A DNA stretch of 62,591 nt from Bacilli bacterium (lineage in GTDB: Bacteria > Bacillota_I > Bacilli_A > RF39 > UBA660): the NCBI GenBank assembly GCA_900769635.1, contig CAAGHJ010000053.1, positions 1 through 62,591 on the forward strand. Reading direction: 5' to 3'. Position numbers and translations under genes: made by a program. The notes under the pieces were generated by a model, which saw nothing but the letters and a program-made list of their open reading frames with translations, was not told where the DNA came from and made no database searches. Below are positions 24,545 to 34,180 of this stretch, in pieces; the first letter of the stretch is position 1; every line of letters starts with the position of its first letter.

Positions 24545-25087
24545 TTATGATGCGTTTTGTTTTGCACTTGCATTGATATAGCCTGAGTATGCAGCTCCTA
24601 GGTATGCGGAATCGGCTGTGGCTCCGTCTAGCCAAAGGTAAACTTTGTAAGTGTGAGAAGTTCCGTCGATGGTAAATCCGTTATAGACAGTTAAATCTCC
24701 GGATGAGGTTATGGTTCCTGTTTTTGCAGCTGTAGTTGCATCATCGATAACAACCGCGTATTTTAGGGCACTGCTTGCTGTTAGGAGATTTGTGTCTCCA
24801 GCTTTGAAGCTGCTTGTATGTAAATTTAGGGTTCCGGTTCCGGTTACTCCACTACAGGAATCGCTTATTTTCATTGTAGCACTTGCTAATATTCCTCCTG
24901 TATAGTCACTTGACATCTTAAGGTTACCGTTAAATCCTTGACCGGTATAGGTTATATCAAAGCATCCACTTCCTCCGGTTATTTTTGTACTACTGCTCCA
25001 ATTAAGCCATGCTAATGTTATTCCGGCAATTAGGGCTATAAACGCTGTTATTCCTACTATTAATCCTAATATTTTTCTTTTTTCCAT
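24545..25087 (-). CDS. small secreted/anchored protein, unknown function (TasA/SipW-like signal?)
   Basis: MEKRKILGLIVGITAFIALIAGITLAWLNWSSS, then a Ser/Thr/Gly-rich beta-type sequence ending YKVYLWLDG... Confidence 0.6.
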   Translation of the reverse strand: MEKRKILGLIVGITAFIALIAGITLAWLNWSSSTKITGGSGCFDITYTGQGFNGNLKMSSDYTGGILASATMKISDSCSGVTGTGTLNLHTSSFKAGDTNLLTASSALKYAVVIDDATTAAKTGTITSSGDLTVYNGFTIDGTSHTYKVYLWLDGATADSAYLGAAYSGYINASAKQNAS

Positions 25088-25185
25088 TTTATCTCTCCTA
25101 TCTTCTTATGTTATTAATATATCATATTATTGGCTTTATTTCAAGAGAAAAATGAAAAGATGTAAAATTTTCATTTTCTACATCT

Positions 25186-25800
25186 TTAACTGTTTTGTAT
25201 GTTATATATATGTCTGTTTACTTTAGATGGCCATTCGGGATCTTCGGCATATTTTTTGCCAATTTGTGCCGTATTGGTAAGGCCGTATAGGTAGTAATTT
25301 TTATGAAGATTGTTTAGGAATGCGTATATTCCTTCTTCCATACTACCAAAGTAGGCGTATTCACCACAACCGGTTCCTTTTTGTCCACCTATGTTATGAC
25401 AGGCATTTGTTAAATAACTACAATTATATTTACAGCCTGTTTCGTGTAATACAATCGCAAGGGCTAAATAGGGGTCTACTCCTAGTTCTATTGAATAATT
25501 TGCAAAGATTTGACCGTATCCTGTTAAGCTTGAGTTTAGGTTTCTTTCTATTTTATTTCCTAACTCTTCGATTGTTAATCCATCATATACTTCTTTTCTT
25601 TCTTCTTTTTTGGCATTGGCTAGTTCTTTAGTAGCTTCTGTTTTGATATTTTTTCCAGCAGATGCTACTAGTTTTTCTATATGCTCATTTGAAGTTGTAT
25701 GAATGGACATTACATTCTTGTTAATAATTCCGTGTGTCATTATTGTCATATATGGTAGTAAACACGTCATTATTAACATACTCGATCGACTTATTTTCAC
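25186..25800 (-). CDS. putative peptidoglycan hydrolase (glucosaminidase/lysozyme-like domain)
   Basis: N-terminal hydrophobic segment; ...FANYSIELGVDPYLALAIVLHETGC... resembles muramidase/glucosaminidase catalytic regions. The family call is tentative. Confidence 0.4.
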   Translation of the reverse strand: MKISRSSMLIMTCLLPYMTIMTHGIINKNVMSIHTTSNEHIEKLVASAGKNIKTEATKELANAKKEERKEVYDGLTIEELGNKIERNLNSSLTGYGQIFANYSIELGVDPYLALAIVLHETGCKYNCSYLTNACHNIGGQKGTGCGEYAYFGSMEEGIYAFLNNLHKNYYLYGLTNTAQIGKKYAEDPEWPSKVNRHIYNIQNS

Positions 25801-25832
25801 GCTTCTTCACCTCTTTTTTGAAAGCAGGTATT

Positions 25833-25861
25833 ATTCTATCAGAAACTTGTTTTTTTGTCAA
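25833..25861 (-). promoter_or_regulatory. strong sigma-A promoter
   Basis: Minus sense: TTGACA, 17 nt, (TGa)TAGAAT. Confidence 0.6.
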
Positions 25862-25904
25862 GTTTTTCATCACTGAATCTGTAATATGGGGGAAATTGGT
25901 ACTT

Positions 25905-25935
25905 TAAAAGCCCCTATTTATTGTATTTTGGGGCT
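25905..25935 (-). terminator. hisS terminator
   Basis: Minus sense: AGCCCC-16 nt-GGGGCT-TTTAAA. Confidence 0.55.
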
Positions 25936-25944
25936 TAATTTTTG

Positions 25945-27231
25945 TTAATTATTGGATTTTAATTCTTTTATTACTTCATCTATGGTTAGTAATTGTTGTT
26001 CTTGTTTATCCATATTTTTTAGTGTATATTTGCCTTCTTTTATTTCATTTTCACCAACTACTAATACGTATTTGATGTTTTCCTTAGAAGCGTATTCAAA
26101 GCTTTTTTTGATTTTTCTTTGTTTTAATTCTACTTCGACCTTTATATTATTATTTCTAAGTTCTCGTGCTAGGGATAAGCATTCTATCTCGGTGTTCATT
26201 GGAACTACGTATACGTCTACTTGTTTTATGGTCATCATTGTTTCTTTTAGTATTGCATATATTGGTTCTAAACCGAATGATAATCCTACGGCTGGGTAGG
26301 TGGTTCCGTCATCTATGAATTCGGTTATTATTTTGTTGTATCTTCCACCACCACCGAGACTACAGGTTAATCTTTGTTTTTTATCGAAAAACTCAAACAC
26401 TATTCCTGTATATATTGATAGTCCTCGTGCTAGGGTTGGAGTAAAGGTTGTGTTTTCTTCAAGGTGTAGTTTGGGGATGTTTTTGTTTATTTCATTTATT
26501 TCTGACAGTCCTTCCTTGATTAGGGTATTATCTGTATCTTTAAATTTTTCGTTATATTGTTCTATATTCATTGAGAATAGTTTTAGTAGTTCTTCGGCTT
26601 TTTCTTCGTTTATATTTATTTTTTGAAATTCTTTTATTAGTTCTTCGTGGGTTATTTTTTCCATTTTATCTAGAATTTGAATGCTTTTTTCGATACTATT
26701 TATTTGGAGGTATTCTAATAATCCTGACATTAGTTTACGGTTATTCCATTTTATATTTATATCTATATTTAATTCTTTAAAGGTATCAACTACGAGTTGC
26801 ATTTCTTCTAATTCTATATAGCGGTTATCTAATCCTACTACATCGACATCGCATTGATAGAATTCTCTATTACGACCGGTTTTGACGGGCCCATTTCTGA
26901 ATACTTTTCCTATTTCATATCTTTTAAATGGTAATCTTAATTCTTTGGTGTTTGCTATTAGTTTACAAAAGGGCATTGTTAAATCGTAACGAAGGGCTAA
27001 ATGTCTTTTTCCTTGGTCGGTTAGGGTATACATTTCGTTCAATATTTCGGCGTCATCATCATATTTGTATGCTAAGATATCATAGTTATATAGTGCTGGC
27101 GTTTCAACAGGACTATATCCGTATTTTTCAAAATTATTTTTTAGAGTTGTCTTTATTTTATTTCTTATTATTTCTTCTTTTCCTACGTAATCGAATACTC
27201 CTTTTAGGTTACTTACATCTATTTTTTTCAT
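25945..27231 (-). CDS. hisS: histidine--tRNA ligase (archaeal/eukaryote-like sequence type)
   Basis: LALRYDLTMPF, KRYEIGKVFRNGPVKTGRNREFYQCDVDVVG, LGGGGRYN; C-terminal anticodon-binding-like domain. Confidence 0.85.
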   Translation of the reverse strand: MKKIDVSNLKGVFDYVGKEEIIRNKIKTTLKNNFEKYGYSPVETPALYNYDILAYKYDDDAEILNEMYTLTDQGKRHLALRYDLTMPFCKLIANTKELRLPFKRYEIGKVFRNGPVKTGRNREFYQCDVDVVGLDNRYIELEEMQLVVDTFKELNIDINIKWNNRKLMSGLLEYLQINSIEKSIQILDKMEKITHEELIKEFQKININEEKAEELLKLFSMNIEQYNEKFKDTDNTLIKEGLSEINEINKNIPKLHLEENTTFTPTLARGLSIYTGIVFEFFDKKQRLTCSLGGGGRYNKIITEFIDDGTTYPAVGLSFGLEPIYAILKETMMTIKQVDVYVVPMNTEIECLSLARELRNNNIKVEVELKQRKIKKSFEYASKENIKYVLVVGENEIKEGKYTLKNMDKQEQQLLTIDEVIKELKSNN

Positions 27232-27965
27232 TAATTTCCCTCCTTAAATTTTTGGTACCAATTGCTTACTTTTTCTTTGGCACTGTTGTAGGTTTCTTTG
27301 GCTTTTTCTTTGACATTATTTTTTGTATCTCCTACTTTATTATAATTGTCTTCCCCTATTGTTTCTTTTATTTTTTCCATTGCTTTTGTGTATGTTGTTG
27401 AGCTTACATCTTTAATAGTACTATATGCATCTCCTAAATCGTTTTTATAGTTTGGATATACTTTTATGACTTGACCGTCTATTTCTCCAAATATTTTCCA
27501 TAGTACTGATTTGGTCTTATCTGATATGTCTGTTAAATAGACACCGTTTATATCTTTGCCATAAAAGAGGAAATCGGCCATTGTTATAAAGTATTCTTTT
27601 CCTTTGCTTTTTACTTTATCTACTGAAGAACTATTGTTTAGACTTTGTAGTTCTGCTTTTGCACTACTGAAATAGTTTATCATTTTTTTATCGGCTTCAT
27701 TTTGTACTTCATTGGGGTAATCGGCAGAGTAATCGTAATTATTATTACTTGCCGTAACATTGTTAGTTTGTTCTTCTTTTTTTGCTTGTTCTTCCTTGTT
27801 TTTTTGTTCTTCTTCTTTTAATTCTTGTTTTATTTCTTCTTTTATTTTGGCTTCTTTGTCTTCTTTTTTTTGTTCGTAATTTCTATATATTAGTATACTA
27901 GTCATACTTATTATGATTATTAATAGTATTCCTAATAAGATATAGTATATTTTATTTAATTTCAT
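27231..27965 (-). CDS. membrane-anchored K/E-rich hypothetical protein
   Basis: N-terminal TM YYILLGILLIIIISMTSILIY, then a KEE repeat tract. Its stop overlaps the hisS start by 1 nt. Confidence 0.6.
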   Translation of the reverse strand: MKLNKIYYILLGILLIIIISMTSILIYRNYEQKKEDKEAKIKEEIKQELKEEEQKNKEEQAKKEEQTNNVTASNNNYDYSADYPNEVQNEADKKMINYFSSAKAELQSLNNSSSVDKVKSKGKEYFITMADFLFYGKDINGVYLTDISDKTKSVLWKIFGEIDGQVIKVYPNYKNDLGDAYSTIKDVSSTTYTKAMEKIKETIGEDNYNKVGDTKNNVKEKAKETYNSAKEKVSNWYQKFKEGN

Positions 27966-28055
27966 TATACCACCCCTTGTGGCTTATATTATACTACAAA
28001 TTAGAACAAATGACAACTTTTTTGGGTTACTATTATGGGTTTTCTATTTTTTTAT

Positions 28056-28094
28056 AGTAAAAAAACTATACAGAATTGTTTCCATATAGTTTTT
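28056..28094 (-). terminator. rplM-rpsI terminator
   Basis: Minus sense: AAAACTATA-14 nt-TATAGTTTTTTT. Confidence 0.55.
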
Positions 28095-28102
28095 AATATA
28101 TT

Positions 28103-28522
28103 CTAACGTTTTGAGAATTGTGGTGCTCTTCTTGCTGCTTTTAATCCGTATTTCTTTCTTTCTTTGCTTCTTGGATCTCTTGTTACAAAGCCTTTGGCTT
28201 TTAGTTTCTTACGGAAAGAATCTTCTTTATCTTCATTTTCTTTATCATATTCTAATAAAGCTCTTGTGATTCCTAATCTAATAGCTCCGGTTTGTCCAGA
28301 AAATCCACCACCATTTACGTTACAAATTACGTCAAATGTTTCTTCACAACCTGTTTCTACTAATGGTTGCTTTAAATCCATAACTAATGTTGCAAATGGC
28401 ATATATTCGTTTACGTCACGACCATTTACTGTTATTTTACCAGTTCCAGGAGTTAATATTACACGTGCTACTGATGATTTTCTTCTACCAGTACCGCAAA
28501 ATCTTCTTTCTTCTTTTGCCAT
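28103..28522 (-). CDS. rpsI: 30S ribosomal protein S9
   Basis: [12 protein letters not shown]...ends PQFSKR. Confidence 0.95.
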   Translation of the reverse strand: MAKEERRFCGTGRRKSSVARVILTPGTGKITVNGRDVNEYMPFATLVMDLKQPLVETGCEETFDVICNVNGGGFSGQTGAIRLGITRALLEYDKENEDKEDSFRKKLKAKGFVTRDPRSKERKKYGLKAARRAPQFSKR

Positions 28523-28524
28523 TA

Positions 28525-28962
28525 TTATTTACCTCCCATTTCTATTTTTGTTGGTTTTTGAGCTGTATGTGGATGTTCGCTACCTTCGTATACGAATAAT
28601 TTCTTATACATTTGTCTTCCTAATCTGTTTTTTGGAAGCATTCCTTTAACTGCTCTCTCCATCATTTCAACTGGATAATTTTCTTTCATTTCTCTAGCAG
28701 TTCTTTCTCTTAATCCACCAACATATCTACTGTGATTGTAATACATCTTGTTATCTAACTTGTTTCCTGTAAGTAATGCTTCTTTAGCGTTAATTATAAT
28801 TATGTAATCTCCGCAATCGATATGAGGTGTGTATGTTGGTTTATGTTTTCCTCTAAGCATTACTGCAGCTTTACTTGCTACTCTACCTAATGGTATATCT
28901 TTGGCATCAATTACATACCAAGAACGAGTAACTGTTTCTTTGCTTTGCATAAAACTTTTCAT
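28525..28962 (-). CDS. rplM: 50S ribosomal protein L13
   Basis: [29 protein letters not shown]. Confidence 0.95.
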   Translation of the reverse strand: MKSFMQSKETVTRSWYVIDAKDIPLGRVASKAAVMLRGKHKPTYTPHIDCGDYIIIINAKEALLTGNKLDNKMYYNHSRYVGGLRERTAREMKENYPVEMMERAVKGMLPKNRLGRQMYKKLFVYEGSEHPHTAQKPTKIEMGGK

Positions 28963-29049
28963 TGCTTATTCTCCTCTTTCATTATTTTTATAATTACCAT
29001 CATACTTTTGTGTTCCCAATACAAAAGTACTAGGTATAAAATGTACCGA
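28963..29049 (-). promoter_or_regulatory. structured 5' leader of rplM-rpsI (candidate L13-type r-protein leader)
   Basis: 9-bp stem TACTTTTGT (29003-29011) / ACAAAAGTA (29021-29029) between the promoter and the SD. Confidence 0.35.
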
Positions 29050-29054
29050 TTATG

Positions 29055-29083
29055 ATTTTACTAGAATTTTGGGATTTTGTCAA
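29055..29083 (-). promoter_or_regulatory. sigma-A promoter of rplM-rpsI
   Basis: Minus sense: TTGACA, 17 nt, TAAAAT. Confidence 0.6.
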
Positions 29084-29167
29084 TAGTTTTGGGGTTTTTT
29101 TTATTATTTTGTGGTTTTATTGTTACTATGCCTTAACTAATACCTAGAACTTCCTTTTTTATATATA

Positions 29168-29207
29168 AAGAAAAGGTAAAATGGTTTGAAGGTTTTCTAA
29201 CCATTTT
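29168..29207 (-). terminator. terminator of the SPFH gene
   Basis: AAAATGGTT-12 nt-AACCATTTT overlapping the stop codon; a T-rich tail in minus sense. Confidence 0.55.
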
Positions 29208-29943
29208 ACTTGTTTTCTCTGGATTCCATAGCACGTAATATTTCAACTGGTAAGGCAAATATTATGGTATTTGACTGATCTGATGAAACGTCATTGATTG
29301 TTGCAAGGGTTCTTAAATGTAGTGCTCCTGGGGTTTTAGACATTATTTCAGCTGCTTCAGCTAGATTTTTAGATGCTTCTACTTCTCCGGTTGATTTGGT
29401 AATAACGGCTTCTCTTTCTCTTTGAGCTTCGGCTATTTTGGCTATTACTCTCTTCATTTCTTCTGGAAGGCTTATGTCTTTTAATTCTACGTTTTCTACT
29501 TTTATTCCCCAAGGGTCAGTTGCTTCATCAATTATTTTGCATATTTCCGTACTTATTTTTTCTCTTTCTGATAATAGTTCATCAAGGGAAACGGAACCTA
29601 CAAGATTTCTCATTGTTGTTTGAGCAAGTTGACTTACGGCATAATAAAAATTTTCTACTTCTAGTATTGCTTTAGAGGCATCAAATATTTTATAGTATAT
29701 TACAGCGTTTATTCTTACTGATACGTTATCTTTGGTAATGGCATCTTGTTCGGGGACATCGACTGCTTTTGTTCTTATGTCTACTTTCTTGTAAGAATGT
29801 ATTATGGGTAATACTATTCTCCAACCTGGGTTTAGTATTTTGGTATATTTTCCTATTGTAAATAGTACTCCTCTTTCATACTGGTTAATTTGTTTGACTG
29901 AGCTAAGCAATATAACAGCAATAATGACTAGTATTATTATCAT
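29206..29943 (-). CDS. SPFH/band 7 (stomatin-like, slipin) protein
   Basis: N-terminal TM, then QYERGVLFTIGKY...AVDVPEQDAITKDNV... Confidence 0.85.
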   Translation of the reverse strand: MIIILVIIAVILLSSVKQINQYERGVLFTIGKYTKILNPGWRIVLPIIHSYKKVDIRTKAVDVPEQDAITKDNVSVRINAVIYYKIFDASKAILEVENFYYAVSQLAQTTMRNLVGSVSLDELLSEREKISTEICKIIDEATDPWGIKVENVELKDISLPEEMKRVIAKIAEAQREREAVITKSTGEVEASKNLAEAAEIMSKTPGALHLRTLATINDVSSDQSNTIIFALPVEILRAMESRENK

Positions 29944-29967
29944 ATTAGTTTCCTCCTTTTCTACTTA

Positions 29968-29976
29968 ATTATATCA
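29968..29976 (-). promoter_or_regulatory. extended -10 (TGATATAAT)
   Basis: The reverse complement of attatatca, between the PHP stop and the SPFH start. Confidence 0.4.
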
Positions 29977-29982
29977 TAGTTT

Positions 29983-30852
29983 TTAGAAATTAAGCCATTT
30001 TTTTGTTATTTCTTCGGGAATGGATAGTGTATTATTATATCCTGTAGCAAGGTTTATATTTGGATATTTTGAACCGTGAAAATCGGTTCCTCCGGACATT
30101 AATAGATTTTTTTTATGGCAATAGTTTATTAGTGTTTTGATTTGCTCCTTTGTGAAATTGGAATGATAGCACTCTAAACCGTCAATTATTTTATCGTTAT
30201 AAAGGGCATTTATAAAGCCTATATGGTCTTTTAAATCATAAACATAAGGATGGGCAAGAAATACTTGTCCACCGTTTTCTTTTATTAGTTTTGATATTTC
30301 TTGGGCTGGAGGCAATGTTTTGTTCTCGTTGTAGAGAAAAAATGTATCATCACCTACGCAGATTCTAAAAAACTGCGTCTTTGAAGGGAATTTTTGGCCC
30401 GAAAAATGGGCTTTATTTTCATCATATTTGATAATATCGTCATAGAGGTTATCTAAGACCATATTGTCATTTATTGGAATGTTTTCTGATAATTTTATAT
30501 TGTTTTTTTGGCATAATTTTATTAGGGTAACAAGTTCTTCTTTTTTTCTTTTTAATACTTTATCTTTGGAATAATAGTTGCTTAGGTATTTATCTACTTT
30601 TTTATAGTCAAAGTTATAGCATATTAGTTCTATTCGAGACTTTTTATAAATGCAATTTAATTCTGCTCCTACGATTAGATGTCCTGAATAGTATTTGGAT
30701 ATGTTTTCTTTTTCTAGGCTTTTATAGGCTCCAACTGAATCGTGGTCGGTAATGGAAAGGATGCTTACTTTTTTCTTTTCGGCTTCTTTTAGTATTTCTA
30801 TTGGAGTCATTGTTCCATCGGAATATATTGAATGGATGTGTAAGTCTATCAT
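29983..30852 (-). CDS. PHP domain phosphoesterase
   Basis: MIDLHIHSIYSDG...ITDHD...GTDFHG. Start set at the ATG forming an ATGA overlap with the rhomboid stop. Confidence 0.8.
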   Translation of the reverse strand: MIDLHIHSIYSDGTMTPIEILKEAEKKKVSILSITDHDSVGAYKSLEKENISKYYSGHLIVGAELNCIYKKSRIELICYNFDYKKVDKYLSNYYSKDKVLKRKKEELVTLIKLCQKNNIKLSENIPINDNMVLDNLYDDIIKYDENKAHFSGQKFPSKTQFFRICVGDDTFFLYNENKTLPPAQEISKLIKENGGQVFLAHPYVYDLKDHIGFINALYNDKIIDGLECYHSNFTKEQIKTLINYCHKKNLLMSGGTDFHGSKYPNINLATGYNNTLSIPEEITKKWLNF

Positions 30853-32030
30853 ATTGGTACTCCTACAAAACATATATATATTATAAAGGTAAAATATAGA
30901 GCAAGAACGATTAATCCGTTTATTTTATCGGCTTTTCTTGTTTTATCAGTAACCCCTAGGGCCAATGATGTTAGTATACCGCCTATTAATCCGCCTATGT
31001 GAGCAGCGTTGTCTATTCCAGAAGTGCTAAATCCTATTACTAGATTTAGTATTATGATTGGTACGATTTGGCTTTTTATTACACTTCCTAGGTAGTTTCG
31101 ATAGAAGAATCCGAAGTATAATAGTGCTCCCATTAATCCAAAGATGGCTCCGCTGGCTCCTGCAGATACGGTATTTGAAGAGAAGGTTATAGATAAAATA
31201 CTACCGCTTACTCCGCTTAATATGTATATTAGGAAATATTTGAATTTTCCATAGAATGATTCTACTTGGGGGCCTATTATGTATAGGGCATACATATTGA
31301 ACAGTAGATGTAAGAGGCCAATATGGATAAACATACTGCTTAGCAGTCTATAATACTCACCGCTTTTGGTTAAATATGCGTTATTTGCACCGTATTTTAA
31401 GAGAGTCTCTATATCAGTACTTCCTCTGGTTAATATAAACATTATTATACATATAGTAATAAAAATGTAAGTTACGATGGGCTTTTTGGTTGCAAATAGT
31501 TTTTGGGCTTTTATATTTCTATCACTGTTTGTCCTATTTATATCGTTTGTTAATTTCATAAATAATTCTATTCCTCCTTCTTTATATTTTGTTTTTTCTA
31601 CTATATCGGGACACAATTTTGATAATTCTGTGTTTTTTAAATCGGTATTTGTTGAGGCACTTATTCTTATGTTATCTTTATCTGATTGTATATTGGCATT
31701 TTCTCCTAAATTAGTGTATATGCTTAATGATTTCATTTTGATACTAAATGTTTTGAGTTTTAATTTGCTTATTATTTTATTTGTTTTAAATATATCGAAG
31801 TCTAATTGTTCATCATTATGTATATAGTGTGATACTATTCTTATTATTTTGTATTCCTCTTGCATATTTTCAAGCCATATTTCATCGTCTATTCCGTGAA
31901 CTACTACTGGATTATATTTTTTTTCGGTTATAAAATAGTTGGCTAAGGATAGTATGAATAGGTCTTTTTCTTTTACTTCTATATCGGCAAGAGATATAAA
32001 TTTGTCGGTGTTATTTATATCTTCATTCAT
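30849..32030 (-). CDS. rhomboid family intramembrane serine protease
   Basis: GASGAIFGLMGA (catalytic Ser), AHIGGLIGG (His); cytoplasmic N-terminal domain of ~190 aa. Confidence 0.85.
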   Translation of the reverse strand: MNEDINNTDKFISLADIEVKEKDLFILSLANYFITEKKYNPVVVHGIDDEIWLENMQEEYKIIRIVSHYIHNDEQLDFDIFKTNKIISKLKLKTFSIKMKSLSIYTNLGENANIQSDKDNIRISASTNTDLKNTELSKLCPDIVEKTKYKEGGIELFMKLTNDINRTNSDRNIKAQKLFATKKPIVTYIFITICIIMFILTRGSTDIETLLKYGANNAYLTKSGEYYRLLSSMFIHIGLLHLLFNMYALYIIGPQVESFYGKFKYFLIYILSGVSGSILSITFSSNTVSAGASGAIFGLMGALLYFGFFYRNYLGSVIKSQIVPIIILNLVIGFSTSGIDNAAHIGGLIGGILTSLALGVTDKTRKADKINGLIVLALYFTFIIYICFVGVPI

Positions 32031-32076
32031 TTTAAATCACGTCCTAACATTTATTATTATACTAGAAAACTGGAAA

Positions 32077-32979
32077 TTAATCTACCTTATTTTTGTATAT
32101 ATTTAGTATTTCTGTAAATTTCTGAGGGGGAGTTACGGTAAATTCTAAATATTTTTTTGTCTTGGGATGGATAAAACCTAATGTCTCGGCGTGAAGCATT
32201 TGTCCGAATGTTTTATCTATTTGTTTATTTTTTCCGTAGACGGGATCATTTACTATGGGATGATTTATATAGTTTAAATGTACTCTGATTTGGTGAGTTC
32301 GACCTGTTTCTAAAATGCACTCTATTAGGGTGCTGTCTAGATATCTTTCGAGAACTTTTATGTGTGTTATTGCTGGTTTTGAGTTTTCTGATGTTACACA
32401 CATTTTTTTGCGGGCTCTTTTGTCACGCCCTATGGGAGCATCAATAGTGGCTGTGTCTTCGCTTATGATGCCGTCGGCTAAAGCTAGATATTTTCTGGTT
32501 ACGGTTTTATTTTTGATTTGTTCAGCTAAACTATTATGTGTTTCATCGTTTTTGGCAACTACTAATAATCCTGATGTATCGGCATCTATACGATGAACTA
32601 TTCCGGGTCTAATGGTTCCGTTTATTTGTGATAACTGATTGCAATGATACATTAGGGCATTTACCATTGTTCCTGAATTGTTACCTGCACCTGGATGGAC
32701 CACCATTCCACTTGGTTTATTTACTACAAGTAAATCTTCATCTTCATAAACTATGTCAAGGGGGATTTTTTCGGGTTTTATTTCTATTATTTCTTCTTCG
32801 TTTTCTTTTATTGTTATTTTGTCGCCTGTTTTTAAGTTGTAACTTGATTTGGCTTTTTTGTCATTTATGGTTATTTCTTCGTTTTCTATCATTTTTTGAA
32901 TTTTAGTTCTTGTTTTTCCTAATTCATCGATTAGGTATTTATCTAATCTTTGGCTATCACCTTCATATATTATATTCAT
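32077..32979 (-). CDS. rluD: RluA-family 23S rRNA pseudouridine synthase (RluD-like)
   Basis: S4 domain at the N-terminus; HRIDADTSGLLVVAK; RTHQIRVH. Confidence 0.85.
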   Translation of the reverse strand: MNIIYEGDSQRLDKYLIDELGKTRTKIQKMIENEEITINDKKAKSSYNLKTGDKITIKENEEEIIEIKPEKIPLDIVYEDEDLLVVNKPSGMVVHPGAGNNSGTMVNALMYHCNQLSQINGTIRPGIVHRIDADTSGLLVVAKNDETHNSLAEQIKNKTVTRKYLALADGIISEDTATIDAPIGRDKRARKKMCVTSENSKPAITHIKVLERYLDSTLIECILETGRTHQIRVHLNYINHPIVNDPVYGKNKQIDKTFGQMLHAETLGFIHPKTKKYLEFTVTPPQKFTEILNIYKNKVD

Positions 32980-33058
32980 TTTTTCACTTCCTTGTTTTTG
33001 TATATAATATCATATTTTTGTTTTTTTAACAAGTGTAAAAGAAAAAAGGTTTTCACCT

Positions 33059-34177
33059 TTAATCTTGTTTATTTTCGGTTAATTTTACTTTTGTGGTATT
33101 TTCTTTTCCACCTCTTAAATATGTTATAGTTATTTCTTCTTTTGGTTCGTGCTGATATAATTCATAACGGAAATCGGCCACTCCTGATATTTCTTTGTTA
33201 TTTATTTTGGTGATGATATCGCCTTTTTGTAGGCCGGCACTTGCTGCTGGAGATGATGATACGACTTCAAGAATAACTACTCCTTTTGTTACTCCATCTG
33301 GTATTTGAATTCCATTTTGCCATAAGTAATAGCTACTTGATACATCTAGCATACTTACGCCGATATATGGTCTTACTATTTGTTTACCGCTTTCTATGGT
33401 TTCGGCATATTTTAGGGCATCTTCGATTGGTATTGCAAAGCCCATTCCTTCTATTTCATCTTGAACTAGTTTTAATGAGTTTATACCGATTACTTCTCCA
33501 CTTACATTGCAAAGTGGTCCACCGCTATTTCCTGGATTAATGGCAGCATCTATTTGCATTACTTTCATATAGTAATCAGCTGAGCTCCCTGAAAAACTTA
33601 CTTCGACTAATCTATCTTTTCCTGACAGTATTCCTTTTGTAACTGTACCGCTATATGTTTTTCCCATTGGGGAACCTACTGTAAATATGGTATCTCCTAA
33701 TTTTACTTTTGTGCTATCTCCTATTTCGGCTATTTTTAGTTTATCGTTATTTTTTACTTTGAGGACAGCTATATCGGCATATGTTTCTCCTCCAAGTAAT
33801 TCGGCCTCAACGATATCGCCATTACTTAATATTATTGATATTTTGTCTATTTTGTAATTGTCATTGGAAACGACGTGATTGTTAGTCATTATATAGGTAT
33901 AGTTGCCATCTTTTTTATAGGCAAAGCCTGTTCCTGTTGATACTTCTGTTTCTCCACTTGATGCTACTACTACTACTGTTGCATCATATATTTTATCTAC
34001 TGAGGAAGATATTGATGTTTCAACTAATTCGGATGTGGTTACGTTTTTGACTATTTTCTCAGTACTAGTAGATGCTACGACCATATACGCCCCTAGGGTG
34101 CCGCATATAAATGATAATAGTATGGCGGATATTAAAATTACTGTGGTATTGTTTTTTTGTTTATTCATTTTTTTCAC
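33059..34177 (-). CDS. htrA: HtrA/DegP-family serine protease with a PDZ domain
   Basis: TNNHV, DIAVLKV, GNSGGPL catalytic triad contexts; C-terminal PDZ (GLQKGDIITKINNKEI). Confidence 0.9.
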   Translation of the reverse strand: MKKMNKQKNNTTVILISAILLSFICGTLGAYMVVASTSTEKIVKNVTTSELVETSISSSVDKIYDATVVVVASSGETEVSTGTGFAYKKDGNYTYIMTNNHVVSNDNYKIDKISIILSNGDIVEAELLGGETYADIAVLKVKNNDKLKIAEIGDSTKVKLGDTIFTVGSPMGKTYSGTVTKGILSGKDRLVEVSFSGSSADYYMKVMQIDAAINPGNSGGPLCNVSGEVIGINSLKLVQDEIEGMGFAIPIEDALKYAETIESGKQIVRPYIGVSMLDVSSSYYLWQNGIQIPDGVTKGVVILEVVSSSPAASAGLQKGDIITKINNKEISGVADFRYELYQHEPKEEITITYLRGGKENTTKVKLTENKQD

Positions 34178-34180
34178 TCC

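Noticed and set aside
27966-28102. Possible T-box or other riboswitch ahead of hisS
   Set aside because: hisS overlaps the upstream ORF. The only intergenic DNA (27966-28102) is short, AT-rich and occupied by the rpsI terminator and a promoter. No specifier or T-box sequence (AGGGTGGNACCGCG-like) was seen.
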